Shown: positions 30,001 through 40,527 of the stretch, in pieces
Numbering within the stretch: position 1 is the stretch's first letter
Layout of the letters: the number at the start of each line of letters is the position of its first letter
DNA from: Candidatus Bathyarchaeota archaeon
Lineage (GTDB): Archaea; Thermoproteota; Bathyarchaeia; Bathyarchaeales; DTEX01
Reading direction: 5' to 3'
Assembly: GCA_018396635.1 (NCBI GenBank)
Contig: JAGTQE010000003.1
Coordinates: 46,642 to 110,641, forward strand
DNA: 64,000 nt
Program-made: the position numbers and the translations under genes
Notes under the pieces: model-generated
Databases searched by the model: none
Seen by the model: the letters and a program-made list of their open reading frames with translations, nothing else
What the model was told of the DNA's origin: nothing

Positions 30001-30454
30001 TGAGGCAGGGAATAAAGAGAGCATATATAAGACCCTAAAGCGGATGAGCGATAAGCTGAATGCTCAGCTAGGGTTGGCAGAGAAGATTAAGGCGGTTGAC
30101 GCTCATATTGTTGCAGAAATAGTTTTAAATACACATTTCATCCGCGATATCTCTGGAAATTTGAGGGCTTTTGCAACGCAGAGCTTTCGATGCAAAAAAT
30201 GTAATAAGCGCTTCAGAAGGGTTCCGCTCAAGGGCGTGTGCTTAGAGTGCGGTGGTGAGTTGACGTTAACCGTGCATAGGGGTACGATAGAGAAGTATTT
30301 GGAGGACGCTTGGCGCTTAGTAAGAAAATACGGGATGTCTGAATATTATACTCAGCGTTTAACTCTGATCGAGGAGGAAATTAATTCCCTCTTTGAGGGT
30401 AGCAGAGGTGTAAAGCAATCTGACCTCTCGAAGTGGCTTCCTGACGAGAGTTAA
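27005..30454 (+). CDS. polC: DNA polymerase D large subunit DP2 (no intein)
   Basis: FAGPIRSAGGT, GGFRLRYGRSR, RVGRPEKA, AKRRDCDGDED and C-terminal Zn finger. Confidence 0.97.
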   Translation: MINMEAEYRISEEYAEYFSNLLSSLEEIYEIAKKARLRGPDPRPYPEIELASDLASLVEGFIGLPGLAERIRALSKTMSRERAAFNIAKEIVCGKFGQLSDEKAADLAIRTALAILTEGVTAAVYSEGIAKVAIKNNPDGSRYLAVYFAGPIRSAGGTEAALTPVIADVVRQLLKLDRYKPTREEIERFIEELRLYEREVGRFQYSVSDEQLRFALEHLPVEVTGTPSDPVEVASYRNLPRIETNRVRGGALRVVNDGIVGRASKVLAVVEDLGIKGWEWLKEIKEIAKEKGKSLASFMEEVPAGRPILCFPSRKGGFRLRYGRSRNTGLSAVGVHPLTMIVLQNFLAGGTQLKIEAPGKSSTVMPVDYIETPIVRLKDGSVVKVSYENIELVKREAEKILFLGDILISFGDFLYNNKPLLPPGYCEEFWREDLRRAIIEDFNGNIEEAASRVGLPSSSLKSYLDDPFNNKPSINEAITLSRTLKIPLHPLYTYFWFSIPVKTLKNIRRWLLNSNIKFDGELVVEVRGSYDAEVKEALEEICIPHRVIGKCIVIEGYDAHSFAVSLGLNNPSAEISENLSILENLSRLSGLIFRDKAGAFIGARVGRPEKAKEREMKPPVHVLFPVGLSGGAQRDLMKAYGKGMVKVEIISRICPKCQTITFKRICSNCGTETSLRFICPRCGRDLDREDCPICKIEARSFCHQIISIRDLVDEACRKIGYRPEQVKGVRGLTNKTRVPEPIEKGILRAKYGLSVYKDGTIRFDATNAPLTHFKPSEIGVSLEKLRELGYTHDYLNNPLTDLEQICELKVQDIIIPWKCAEYLVSVAKFIDELLEKVYGLPPFYKIDKPQDLIGHLIVGLAPHTCAGVLGRIIGFTKLNVCFAHPFWHSAKRRDCDGDEDSIMLALDAFLNFSREYLPDQIGGIMDSPLFIIRAVMPEDVQRQAHEFDVADKYPLEFYEEAGRCRPARELLPLIDIVKHRFNSELKLQGFMFTVPTSNIEAGNKESIYKTLKRMSDKLNAQLGLAEKIKAVDAHIVAEIVLNTHFIRDISGNLRAFATQSFRCKKCNKRFRRVPLKGVCLECGGELTLTVHRGTIEKYLEDAWRLVRKYGMSEYYTQRLTLIEEEINSLFEGSRGVKQSDLSKWLPDES

Positions 30455-30481
30455 TTGACGAAAATCACTGAGCAATTTATA

Positions 30482-31375
30482 TTAGCATTTTTCTATTTCC
30501 CCTTTAAGCGCTCTCACAAATATTGGCGCCACAGAAACTTTGGCATACTCATTTGTAACGCTATCTGTTCCCACAACCTCCTCAGCACCGCTCTCAATTA
30601 TAATTTTTATTGAGTCCTTAAGGAGCAGTATGTGAGATGCGCCAACAAACACTCTATCAGCACCCTGATCTTTGAGTATTTTGACAGCATTGGCAGCAGT
30701 TTTGCCAGTGCTTATTATGTCGTCAATTATTACGATATCTCTCCCTCGAACCTCAAGGGCCTTTGAGAAGGTAACTATCTCCCCAGTATAGCGGTCCCTT
30801 CTCTTCTCTAAATAATTCCATTCAGCATTAAGCACCTTAGCAGCATGTTTAGCTCTTCTTCTAGCAAGATCCTCATCATCGGGTGCAATTACAACAGGGT
30901 CTCTTAGGTTCTTATTGGAGAAATATTTAGCTAGTTCTCCTGAAGCCGTCAAATTATACACTGGAATTTTATACATTTTCAAGACGTTCTCATTGTGTAC
31001 GTCAATTGTGTAGAGAGCATCTGCGCCCAAAGTCTCAATTACTTCAGCTATCATGGCTGCGCTTAAGCATTCGCCTTCTAAGTATCGTTCATCTTGTCGA
31101 CTATAGGCGAGATATGGCACAAATAACTTAATCGTGTTTGCGCCTAGGTCTCTCGCTGTATGGAGGATTAAGAATAATTCCATGGCGTGGGCGTCTTGGG
31201 GGGGATATAGGCTTTGTATAATTAATAGGTCTTCTCCAGAAATATCCTCCTCAAACTTAAAGTAGAATTCTCCATCAGGGAAACGCTTTGTCCTAACATT
31301 AACTAAGGGAATATTCAGGGCGCTACTTATTTTTCGAGCTAAGTCTATGGAGCTTGGCCCACCTACTATCTTCAA
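30482..31375 (-). CDS. prs: Ribose-phosphate pyrophosphokinase
   Basis: RFPDGE, PYLAYSRQD, IDDIISTGKT. Confidence 0.95.
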   Translation of the reverse strand: MKIVGGPSSIDLARKISSALNIPLVNVRTKRFPDGEFYFKFEEDISGEDLLIIQSLYPPQDAHAMELFLILHTARDLGANTIKLFVPYLAYSRQDERYLEGECLSAAMIAEVIETLGADALYTIDVHNENVLKMYKIPVYNLTASGELAKYFSNKNLRDPVVIAPDDEDLARRRAKHAAKVLNAEWNYLEKRRDRYTGEIVTFSKALEVRGRDIVIIDDIISTGKTAANAVKILKDQGADRVFVGASHILLLKDSIKIIIESGAEEVVGTDSVTNEYAKVSVAPIFVRALKGEIEKC

Positions 31376-31466
31376 CCTTTCTCCTCCGCGATAGAAATTT
31401 ATTTAGAATACGAAATTAAAATTTAAGCATTAATTTTTATGTAGGATAGATCTTTTTAGTTGAGTC

Positions 31467-31859
31467 ATGAAAGTTTATACTATAGGTTATGGTGGAAGAA
31501 AAATTGAGAGCTTTATTAGTATTCTGAGGAAATATGGAATTACCGCAGTCGTTGACGTTAGGCGCTTTCCTAAGAGTAAGGATCCCTCGTTTAGCAGAGA
31601 GATGCTGGAAAGGATTCTTGGAGAAAATGGTATAAAATATTACTTTTTGGGCGAGAAATTGGGTGGATTCGTGAGGGGAGGATATGAAAAATACATGGAG
31701 TCTCAGAATTTTAGGGAGGGAATAGAGATGCTTCTAAGCATAATTAGGGGAGAAGTAGCGGCTATAATGTGCAAGGAGAAGAACGTTAAGTATTGCCATA
31801 GACGCCTGATATCTAATTACCTGGAAGGTTTGGGCGTAAAAGTTACACATATTGAGTAG
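31467..31859 (+). CDS. DUF488-family protein
   Basis: YTIGY, VDVRRFP, MCKE....CHR. Confidence 0.9.
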   Translation: MKVYTIGYGGRKIESFISILRKYGITAVVDVRRFPKSKDPSFSREMLERILGENGIKYYFLGEKLGGFVRGGYEKYMESQNFREGIEMLLSIIRGEVAAIMCKEKNVKYCHRRLISNYLEGLGVKVTHIE

Positions 31860-31875
31860 ATTTCCAGAAAAATAA

Positions 31876-32946
<1,071 letters not shown>

Positions 32947-33019
32947 AATATTCTTTTAATTTTATCAATATTTTTATTTGGCATCTACTCAGATAATAAA
33001 ATAATGGAGGAGAAATGAT

Positions 33020-34249
33020 ATGCCGAAATTTTTGACCCTTGATGATTTTGACGTTAAGGATAAGGTTGTTCTTGTGAGAGTTGACTTCAACTCGCCAGTT
33101 GATCCTCAAACGAAAAAAATAATTGACGATAGTAGGATCAGAGCTCATGGCGAGACGACAATAAAGGAGCTATCAGAGAAGGGCGCTAAGGTCGTTATAT
33201 TGGCGCACCAGGGGAGACCCGGCGATCCAGACTTCATACCCTTAGAGCAGCATGCCCAAATACTAGGCAAGATTTTAGGCAAGCCAGTTAAATATGTAAA
33301 CGATGTCTTTGGCGAGAAGGCTAAGAAGGCTATAAGGGAGCTTAAAAGTGGCGAGATACTTGTCTTAGACAATGTTAGAAACTTTCCTAGAGAGGCTAAG
33401 GATGCGCCTCCCGAAGAGCATGCTAAATCTGAGCTGGTTGTAAACCTCGCTCCTTTAGCAGATCTTTTCGTAAATGATGCTTTTGCTGCAGCCCATAGAA
33501 GTCACGCTTCAATAGTTGGTTTCACAGTGGTCCTCCCAAGCGCTGCTGGCAGAATAATGGAGAAGGAGTTGAAGGCTCTAAGCAAAGTTATGGAGAACCC
33601 TGAGAAGCCATGCATATATATACTTGGCGGAGCTAAGGCGGACGACTCGCTTAGAATCTCAAAATATGTTCTTGACAATAATATTGCGGATTACGTCTTA
33701 ACTGCTGGAATAACTGGGCACTTATTCCTGGTCGCTAAGGGTTACGATCTAGGTAAGCCAAACATGGAGATCCTTGAGAAGAATAAGCTGCTTGATCTTG
33801 TACCAGGGATAAGGGAGCTAATTAACAGGTATCCAGAAAGGATTGAGACGCCCATAGACCTAGCGATCGAAGTTGATGGAAAGAGAAGAGAGATAAGTCT
33901 AAAAGAGCTTCCAGTCAACTACCCAATATATGATATTGGTGAGAATACAATTAAAAGGTATACTGAAATAATAATGAGAGCAAAATCGATAGTTTTCAGC
34001 GGTCCGCCAGGCGTATTTGAGAGGGAAGAGTTTAAGAAGGGAACTAAGGCCCTCTTTGAAGCTATTGCCTCCTCAAGAGCCTTCTCCTTGGTCGGTGGAG
34101 GTCATAGTGTAGCAGCGGTCCAGAGCCTTGGATTAGCGGATAAAATGGGCTATGTAAGTACCGCTGGAGGTGCCTTAATAGAGTTCTTGATGGGCAGAAA
34201 GCTGCCAGGCGTGGTAGCACTGGAGGAAGCTGCAAAAGGAAGGCGCTGA
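33020..34249 (+). CDS. pgk: Phosphoglycerate kinase
   Basis: VRVDFNSP, AHQGRPG, NDAFAAAHRSHAS, GGAK, STAGGA. Confidence 0.96.
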   Translation: MPKFLTLDDFDVKDKVVLVRVDFNSPVDPQTKKIIDDSRIRAHGETTIKELSEKGAKVVILAHQGRPGDPDFIPLEQHAQILGKILGKPVKYVNDVFGEKAKKAIRELKSGEILVLDNVRNFPREAKDAPPEEHAKSELVVNLAPLADLFVNDAFAAAHRSHASIVGFTVVLPSAAGRIMEKELKALSKVMENPEKPCIYILGGAKADDSLRISKYVLDNNIADYVLTAGITGHLFLVAKGYDLGKPNMEILEKNKLLDLVPGIRELINRYPERIETPIDLAIEVDGKRREISLKELPVNYPIYDIGENTIKRYTEIIMRAKSIVFSGPPGVFEREEFKKGTKALFEAIASSRAFSLVGGGHSVAAVQSLGLADKMGYVSTAGGALIEFLMGRKLPGVVALEEAAKGRR

Positions 34250-34314
34250 ATTAAGTAACATAAGCTGCCAATTACCTTTAATTGTTTTTCTTTTTTACTC
34301 TTGGAGGATTTTAT

Positions 34315-35427
34315 TTGAATAATAGGGAAAGGACTATTATTATTTTCAACCGCAAGATTCCTGACCGCTTAGTATGGCAGCCTAGATTACATCATTGGTA
34401 CTATGTAAATAAGGCTAGAGGAACTCTCCCAAAGAAGTATGAAGGCTACGATCTTCTTGAAATATATGATGATTTAGGGGCGTCGCCGCGTGCTTATCAT
34501 TACTTTAATGACACGATAAGATGTGTTGAAGGTGAGGGTGTTGAGCTTCATAGGATGGAGGATCGGGATTACATCTACACCAAGTATGTGACACCTAAGG
34601 GCAAGTTAATTCAAGTTGAGAGAAAGACAGAATATGGTGTGGCGAGCATGAGGGTTGAATATTTCCTTAAGAGTACTGATGACTTTGAGATCCTAGCTTA
34701 TATATTGAGGCGGCAGAGGTTTGAGTTTGACAAGGAGCTTTATCTAGAGAGGGAGAAGCTTCTAGGAGACCGCTCCGAACCAATAATAAATGTCCCATGG
34801 GGATCGATACAAAGGCTCTTCATCGCCTACATGGGCTTTGAGAGAGGTTTAATAGCGCTTTGGCGACACAAGGAGAAAGTTGAATGGCTGCTTCAGGTAT
34901 TCGATGAAAACGATGATGAGCGATTTAAAATTATCAAAAGGGCTCCTTTTAAAATAGTTAACTTCGGCGATAACATTGATGAGAATTTATGTTCACCATC
35001 CCTCTTCAAGAAATATATGCTGCCATATTACCAACGTAGAACAAAAGAGCTACATGAGGTCGGAAAGTTTTGTACCTCACATTGGGATGGAAAAGTTAAG
35101 CATTTGTTACCCTTAGCTAAGGAGACTGGTTTAGATGGCTTGGAATGCGTTCCACCCGAGCCGCAGGGTAATGTAACGCTCAAAGAGCTCAGAGAGGAGC
35201 TCAAACTTAATGGCATGATTTTAGTTGATGGTATACCGGCAATCTATTTCTTACCGATTTTCGATGTTAATAGGCTGAAGTCCTTCGTCTATGATCTGCT
35301 AGATCTCTTCGCACCTAACATAATAGTTGGGATCTCAGACATGCTGCCTCCAGACGGCGACATAGAAAGAGTTCGTTTAGTAGGTGAAATAGTGGCCAAT
35401 TACATCCCTAACGCCTATAAACTATGA
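34315..35427 (+). CDS. Uroporphyrinogen decarboxylase/MtaA-like TIM-barrel protein
   Basis: GDN...SPSLFKKY.LPYY, SHWDG, ECVPPEPQG; TTG start after GGAGG. Confidence 0.75.
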   Translation: MNNRERTIIIFNRKIPDRLVWQPRLHHWYYVNKARGTLPKKYEGYDLLEIYDDLGASPRAYHYFNDTIRCVEGEGVELHRMEDRDYIYTKYVTPKGKLIQVERKTEYGVASMRVEYFLKSTDDFEILAYILRRQRFEFDKELYLEREKLLGDRSEPIINVPWGSIQRLFIAYMGFERGLIALWRHKEKVEWLLQVFDENDDERFKIIKRAPFKIVNFGDNIDENLCSPSLFKKYMLPYYQRRTKELHEVGKFCTSHWDGKVKHLLPLAKETGLDGLECVPPEPQGNVTLKELREELKLNGMILVDGIPAIYFLPIFDVNRLKSFVYDLLDLFAPNIIVGISDMLPPDGDIERVRLVGEIVANYIPNAYKL

Positions 35428-35709
35428 ATTGAAATTCTATTGTTTTTCCTTTCGCTCTTGCAACGTAACATAAAAGATGAATCTAGAGTTTTCCTTTATA
35501 GAAAACCATAAATTCGTTCTCATCCACCAAAAAATATTCTTGGGGGCCCGGTAGTTCAGTTTGATAAGAAGGTCTAATTCGCACTTAGGAGTCATTGACT
35601 CCTCAGCTTTATTATTTTTGGAAAGGGGTAGTAACGCTGGATCTAGCGATCTTAGATTTAATGGCTTGCCTTTCTTAATTGCTAGTTAGGCATAAATGTT
35701 TGCCTTTTT

Positions 35710-37221
35710 TCAGCTAAAATGCTTCGCCATTTCCTCATTTCCTGGAAGCTTTAGTATAGCATCTATAGCATCGTTTATTTGTTGCATGCTTTTTGTTCTT
35801 ACATCCGTTATAAGCCAGTGGATAAGCGTCTCCCTACCGCCCTTTAAATTAGCCTCTATGGCCCATTCAGCCCTCATTATTCTATGTAACATGACATATT
35901 TGTAGAGTTTATCAGGGATCGCACCTTTAAGCACAGGGTGAATGCCCCTTCCATTAACTGTCACCTGCGTTTCAATAGATATGTTTTCAGGGAGATTTGA
36001 GATAGTCCCTTTATTTATGATGTTTACGTAAATTGGAGCCTTAATCTTGATTCCATAGAAAGAGATATCGTAGCTGGTAGCCTCCACATCATTATAAATG
36101 GAATCTATTAACGTAGCTATTACCTCACCACTAGGACTAGGCGGTATTGAATGTGACACCGGCTTTGAGAAATCAAATGCCACTCTGCTCATCTCCTCAA
36201 TATTTCTTCTTACCTGCATTATTCTTATCGCGCAACCTATCTCAGAGTCTGGGCCGCCATATGGTCCATACCAGTACTGTTTGGTTTTTAGATCCCAGTG
36301 ATATTTCCATGTCCCTCCACGAACGCTGTCCCCTATAGGCAGATAGCCATAAGTCTTATACATGTCTATAGCAGCTGGGCACAGATCTAGGTCCCATGGA
36401 TTTGTTGTGTGCTCTCTCCATACGGCCCAGTATTCTTCAGCATCTTCTCTAATCCAGTCGTCTAAGTATTTGTATCCATCCTCACCCTTATACTTGAATT
36501 TAGTCAGCCATATGACGTGATTTAAGCCAGCCATATCAACCTCAACCTCGCTAAAATCTATTAGATTCATTGTCTCCTTGCTTTCTCTCGTTCTCTTAGC
36601 TGCGTAATGAGGCGTTACATTTTTTCCTAGTTTCTCCTTAGCTAAGCGCATAGCTAAAACTTCCAGCGCTGCCCTGTAACCTAGGAATCCGTGACATATG
36701 CCTGCAACATTAACCTTTGTTTCTCTGCTTACCATCGTTGTGAGTTCAAGGACTGGATTTGAGACTATGAGGAACCATGCATCTGGAGCGTTTTCCTCAA
36801 TATCTCTAGCAATATCCATGTGTAATTTAAATAAGTAGTAGCCCCATATGGTATGATAGTCTCCAACATAGTTCCATTCAACGCTATTGATACCTCTATA
36901 ATATCCGTGCTCTTCAGATAGGTCTCTCATCCTCTCATAATATAGGTAACCCTTCGGTAAGGCTGTTGAAATAACAAAATCGGCATCCTTTATTGCCTCT
37001 CTTCTATTTTTCGTTGCATAGATCTCTACAGGAACTTTCAACTCCTCAGCATACCTCTTAGCCAAAGTCGATATAATGCTGAGTCTATAGTCGTCGATAT
37101 CCATAAGCCATATTTTGGAACCCCTCATCCCTTCGTTCATAAAAATGTCAATGAGTATCCTGCTAGTCCATCTGGCGCTTCCAGCACCTATAAAAGCTAT
37201 TTTAGGCCCTTCAGGCAACAT
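35710..37221 (-). CDS. GH4 NAD-dependent alpha-glucosidase/alpha-galactosidase
   Basis: KIAFIGAGS, SNP, GICHG, AGLNH. Confidence 0.92.
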   Translation of the reverse strand: MLPEGPKIAFIGAGSARWTSRILIDIFMNEGMRGSKIWLMDIDDYRLSIISTLAKRYAEELKVPVEIYATKNRREAIKDADFVISTALPKGYLYYERMRDLSEEHGYYRGINSVEWNYVGDYHTIWGYYLFKLHMDIARDIEENAPDAWFLIVSNPVLELTTMVSRETKVNVAGICHGFLGYRAALEVLAMRLAKEKLGKNVTPHYAAKRTRESKETMNLIDFSEVEVDMAGLNHVIWLTKFKYKGEDGYKYLDDWIREDAEEYWAVWREHTTNPWDLDLCPAAIDMYKTYGYLPIGDSVRGGTWKYHWDLKTKQYWYGPYGGPDSEIGCAIRIMQVRRNIEEMSRVAFDFSKPVSHSIPPSPSGEVIATLIDSIYNDVEATSYDISFYGIKIKAPIYVNIINKGTISNLPENISIETQVTVNGRGIHPVLKGAIPDKLYKYVMLHRIMRAEWAIEANLKGGRETLIHWLITDVRTKSMQQINDAIDAILKLPGNEEMAKHFS

Positions 37222-37235
37222 GCATCACCAGAATA

Positions 37236-38294
37236 TCATTTTAAGGTTGAGATTGTTTCCTGTAAGTCTTTTAATATCTCCTCAAGCTTAGGAGTATCAA
37301 AGAATCTTCTTCCTGTCATTTCGTTTGCTGCCGCCATATACATTTGGCTTATTAAAGTCTTAAGTCTAGGCTCTAGATTTGGTGGTGGTGTTTTTACCAA
37401 GGTTCTCCAGTTCTCTATTCCTCGCTCTCTAGCCTCCTTTTTTGCTGCCTCGACTTCCTTAGCCCAATCCGTCCGCCTGTAATATATGCGGGCAACTTCC
37501 TTGCTCACATGCATTCCCATATACGTAAACCTACACTCATCTAGAGTTCCAACAACATCTACGACCATTAGTCTCCTTTCTGGGTCAAATGCCAGCTCTA
37601 TCTTACCATCCTCATTTACTAGACCAGCTCTTTCAGCTATCCCAGTTATGGTCTCATTAACCCTCAGAAGTAGATCCTTGATTTCCTCAACCTCCTGGTC
37701 TGTTAAACCAGCTATTCTCTTGGCTTCCTCCCAGCTAACATATCTATCGCTCTCTTCGAGCTTTGTGCTAACGTCGAAGATAGGTCTGGGGAGGCGCTCT
37801 CCAGGCTTTGGCATGCACTCTAACCCCAAATCTTTCAGGGTTATAAGGCCCTGCTCAAGTCTTTTGAAAATAGACGAGCCCTCAGGCAGACCATTTCTGT
37901 AAATTATTTCCAAGGGGAGTAGGTAATTTCTTAGCGTAGGCGTGTAAACGCTATAATCATATTTGAGCTTACCGCAATTCACGTAAGCCTTGGGCCTATA
38001 TATATTCACTAAATTAATTTCCATTATGTTTGTTGGTTCATCTAGGTCATCGAAACGAATTACCTGTCCCCTAGCGTTAACGAGTCCACGATAATGCGTT
38101 CTTATGCCTTTCTCCTCAAGTCTCTCAAAGCAGTAAGCCCCCATCAGGCATAGAGCTGCTCCCTTACAATCTATATGGTCGGGCATCTCGCCCCAATCGA
38201 AAACTGAATATCTGTCTGAGAAGTGAAATCTTCCCACACCCATACTCTCAATAGTTGGCTTTTTAATCACCTCAAGATCCTTGACGCTACCCAT
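37236..38294 (-). CDS. purC: SAICAR synthetase
   Basis: MGSVKDL, FSDRYSVFD, STKLE, DGKIE, GTLDECR; start placed at MGSVK. Confidence 0.93.
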   Translation of the reverse strand: MGSVKDLEVIKKPTIESMGVGRFHFSDRYSVFDWGEMPDHIDCKGAALCLMGAYCFERLEEKGIRTHYRGLVNARGQVIRFDDLDEPTNIMEINLVNIYRPKAYVNCGKLKYDYSVYTPTLRNYLLPLEIIYRNGLPEGSSIFKRLEQGLITLKDLGLECMPKPGERLPRPIFDVSTKLEESDRYVSWEEAKRIAGLTDQEVEEIKDLLLRVNETITGIAERAGLVNEDGKIELAFDPERRLMVVDVVGTLDECRFTYMGMHVSKEVARIYYRRTDWAKEVEAAKKEARERGIENWRTLVKTPPPNLEPRLKTLISQMYMAAANEMTGRRFFDTPKLEEILKDLQETISTLK

Positions 38295-38413
38295 GGAGGT
38301 TACACCTACATTTAAAGGGCTGAGGCTTCTAATATTTTTAGCGTTTGGTTCCCAATGATCAAATTTTGGCAAAACTAATTTTATAAGTTTGTTATATTGA
38401 TCTTAATAATTGT

Positions 38414-38740
38414 ATGTACTTGCCATGCGAATCTCTTGGAACGCGTCTAACACCGATGTTTAGAGCTTACATAGCCAAGGAGCTTATTGAAAAACACGGG
38501 TTTACGCAAGTTGAGGCAGCCAAGAAGCTTGGAATAACGCAGGCAGCTATAAGCCAATATTTGCGCTCAAAGCGTGGAGCTAAGGATTTAAGGGAGCTTA
38601 AAGCCTTCTTACCAGTAATAGAGTCAGCTGCGAGTGAGGTGGCTAACAAAATAGCCTCTGGTAGAATCAATTCGAGTGAAGCAGCATTAAAAATATGTGA
38701 GATATGTCTCTATATACGAAAGAAGAATCTTGGAATATAA
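38414..38740 (+). CDS. HTH transcriptional regulator (ThiR N-domain-like)
   Basis: PCE...P.FRA.IAKEL, TQ..AA..LGITQAAISQY...KRG; directly upstream of thi4. Confidence 0.85.
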   Translation: MYLPCESLGTRLTPMFRAYIAKELIEKHGFTQVEAAKKLGITQAAISQYLRSKRGAKDLRELKAFLPVIESAASEVANKIASGRINSSEAALKICEICLYIRKKNLGI

Positions 38741-38781
38741 ATAGGGGATTGTATCCTTTAGAGAACGAATGGTGATAATAT

Positions 38782-39603
38782 ATGATGTGCGAAATTAAGG
38801 ATATTGAAGAGGAGACTATAACTAAGGCGATAATTAAGAAGACTACGGAAGACTGGTTAAGCATAGTTGATACAGATGTTGTAATTGTTGGCGCAGGGCC
38901 TGCTGGACTTACAGCCGCAATATATGCTGCTAAGGCTGGTCTGAAGACTGTGCTTTTTGAGAGGCGTCTCTCATTTGGCGGAGGCATGGGTGGTGGTGGA
39001 ATGCAATTTCACAAAATCGTCGTTGAGCGTCCGGCAGATGCTATTTTAAGGGAAATCAACTGTAAGATGGAATGGATAGAAGATGGATTATTTATAGTTG
39101 ACGCCGCTGAGATGATTGCCAAGCTAGCGGCTAAAGCCATAGACTCTGGAGCGAAAATAATTTTGGGAGTGACAGTTGATGATGTAATCTATAGAGATAA
39201 TCCACCCAGAATAACTGGAGTAGTTATTCAGTGGTCATCGGTCATGATGGCTGGGCTTCATGTAGATCCTCTTGGAGTAAAGGCAAAGGCGGTTGTTGAT
39301 TCTACTGGGCATGATGCTGAGGTTTTATCAGTCATATCAAGGAAAATTCCTGAACTGAACATTTCGGTTAGAGGTGAAAAATCTATGTGGGCTTCGCAGG
39401 CCGAGAAGATGGTTATTGAGGGTACGAGAGAGGTTTGTCCGGGCCTTTTCGTTGCGGGGATGGCGGTTGCAGCAATAGATCGAATTCCAAGGATGGGGCC
39501 AATATTTGGTGGGATGCTGTTAAGCGGGGCAAAAGTGGCACAGCTAATTGCGAATAAGATTATGGGGGAGAGGGCGCAGAAAATAATACCGTTCAGCCTT
39601 TAG
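38782..39603 (+). CDS. thi4: Thiazole synthase Thi4 (non-Cys, sulfide-dependent type)
   Basis: [20 protein letters not shown] (His at the suicide-Cys position), RMGPIFGGM. Confidence 0.93.
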   Translation: MMCEIKDIEEETITKAIIKKTTEDWLSIVDTDVVIVGAGPAGLTAAIYAAKAGLKTVLFERRLSFGGGMGGGGMQFHKIVVERPADAILREINCKMEWIEDGLFIVDAAEMIAKLAAKAIDSGAKIILGVTVDDVIYRDNPPRITGVVIQWSSVMMAGLHVDPLGVKAKAVVDSTGHDAEVLSVISRKIPELNISVRGEKSMWASQAEKMVIEGTREVCPGLFVAGMAVAAIDRIPRMGPIFGGMLLSGAKVAQLIANKIMGERAQKIIPFSL

Positions 39604-39669
39604 AGTCTCTCCTTTTAAATCGCTCTTTCTTGGATTAAATGATGGGTAAATAATTTCAATGGGAAATTT

Positions 39670-40527
39670 CTATTCCTTCCGCAGCCATTCCAATATTTGC
39701 TCATCCAATGGTTTTGTTTTTCTCCGCCTCTTCCTAAGTTTAAATAAGTATCCTCCTATGGTCTTGTAAGCTTTCTCGGCAAGGATATCGGCCTCCCCGT
39801 CTTTAAATTCACGCCAGTTAGGGTTATGTATGAAATCTTGTGGGTTAATCCAATCCGGCCTGAATTTTTCGATATCCTCTATCCTCATGCATATGCATAC
39901 AGCGTTTAACTCTCTATGCAAACTTAATGGGCAAGTGAAAACCCTCGCCAAGTCGATCTTGTTTTCCACGGATATTTTGCCGCTGGATGACGATTCCGCT
40001 ATTTTCGACGATATTTTAGACTTTACATATTCGACAATGGCGTATGCTATGTCTAGGGGATTGTACTTTTCACGGATGCTCTCCGATATGCTCCTCTCAT
40101 TTATATGTACGTGGCAACCATTACCAGACCATTTGACGTAAGCAGACACTTTAATCCCCCATTTGCCTAAGAAATACAGAATTTCTCTCGCAACTTGTAT
40201 CGTTTCTCTCCAATTCACTAATTCGCTATCAATATCCCATGTGGGCGTACAATAAACAATATTCTCCAGGTTATATGCATCCTCAACCTCTTGAAGCACC
40301 TCATAAATGTTAATAGTAGCATAGATTGACTTTAATGCGCCGTTATTCAAAGCATCTAAGTCGCTTTCACCCTCTATTTTTATGGGTTTCTTCTCATTCG
40401 AGTATCTTTTAAAGATTAGATTTCCCTTTGAGTCGACATAATGTAGGGCGACCCATCTCCCTCTACAGAAATCTAGAATTTCCCTCTTAACATCTTGGCG
40501 CGAATAGTGCCTATATGCGGTACTCAA
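39670..40527 (-). CDS. AEP-superfamily primase/polymerase-like protein
   Basis: WDID, SGNGCH, ID..RVF..PLSLH motifs. Confidence 0.7.
   Translation of the reverse strand: MSTAYRHYSRQDVKREILDFCRGRWVALHYVDSKGNLIFKRYSNEKKPIKIEGESDLDALNNGALKSIYATINIYEVLQEVEDAYNLENIVYCTPTWDIDSELVNWRETIQVAREILYFLGKWGIKVSAYVKWSGNGCHVHINERSISESIREKYNPLDIAYAIVEYVKSKISSKIAESSSSGKISVENKIDLARVFTCPLSLHRELNAVCICMRIEDIEKFRPDWINPQDFIHNPNWREFKDGEADILAEKAYKTIGGYLFKLRKRRRKTKPLDEQILEWLRKE

Noticed and set aside
27005-30454. Intein in DP2 (also checked cdc6 and valS)
   Set aside because: Lengths are normal and no splice-junction or LAGLIDADG motifs are evident
35540-35700. Intact tRNA gene
   Set aside because: Only a 5'-like fragment is present; no TTC-containing T-arm or complementary 3' acceptor strand
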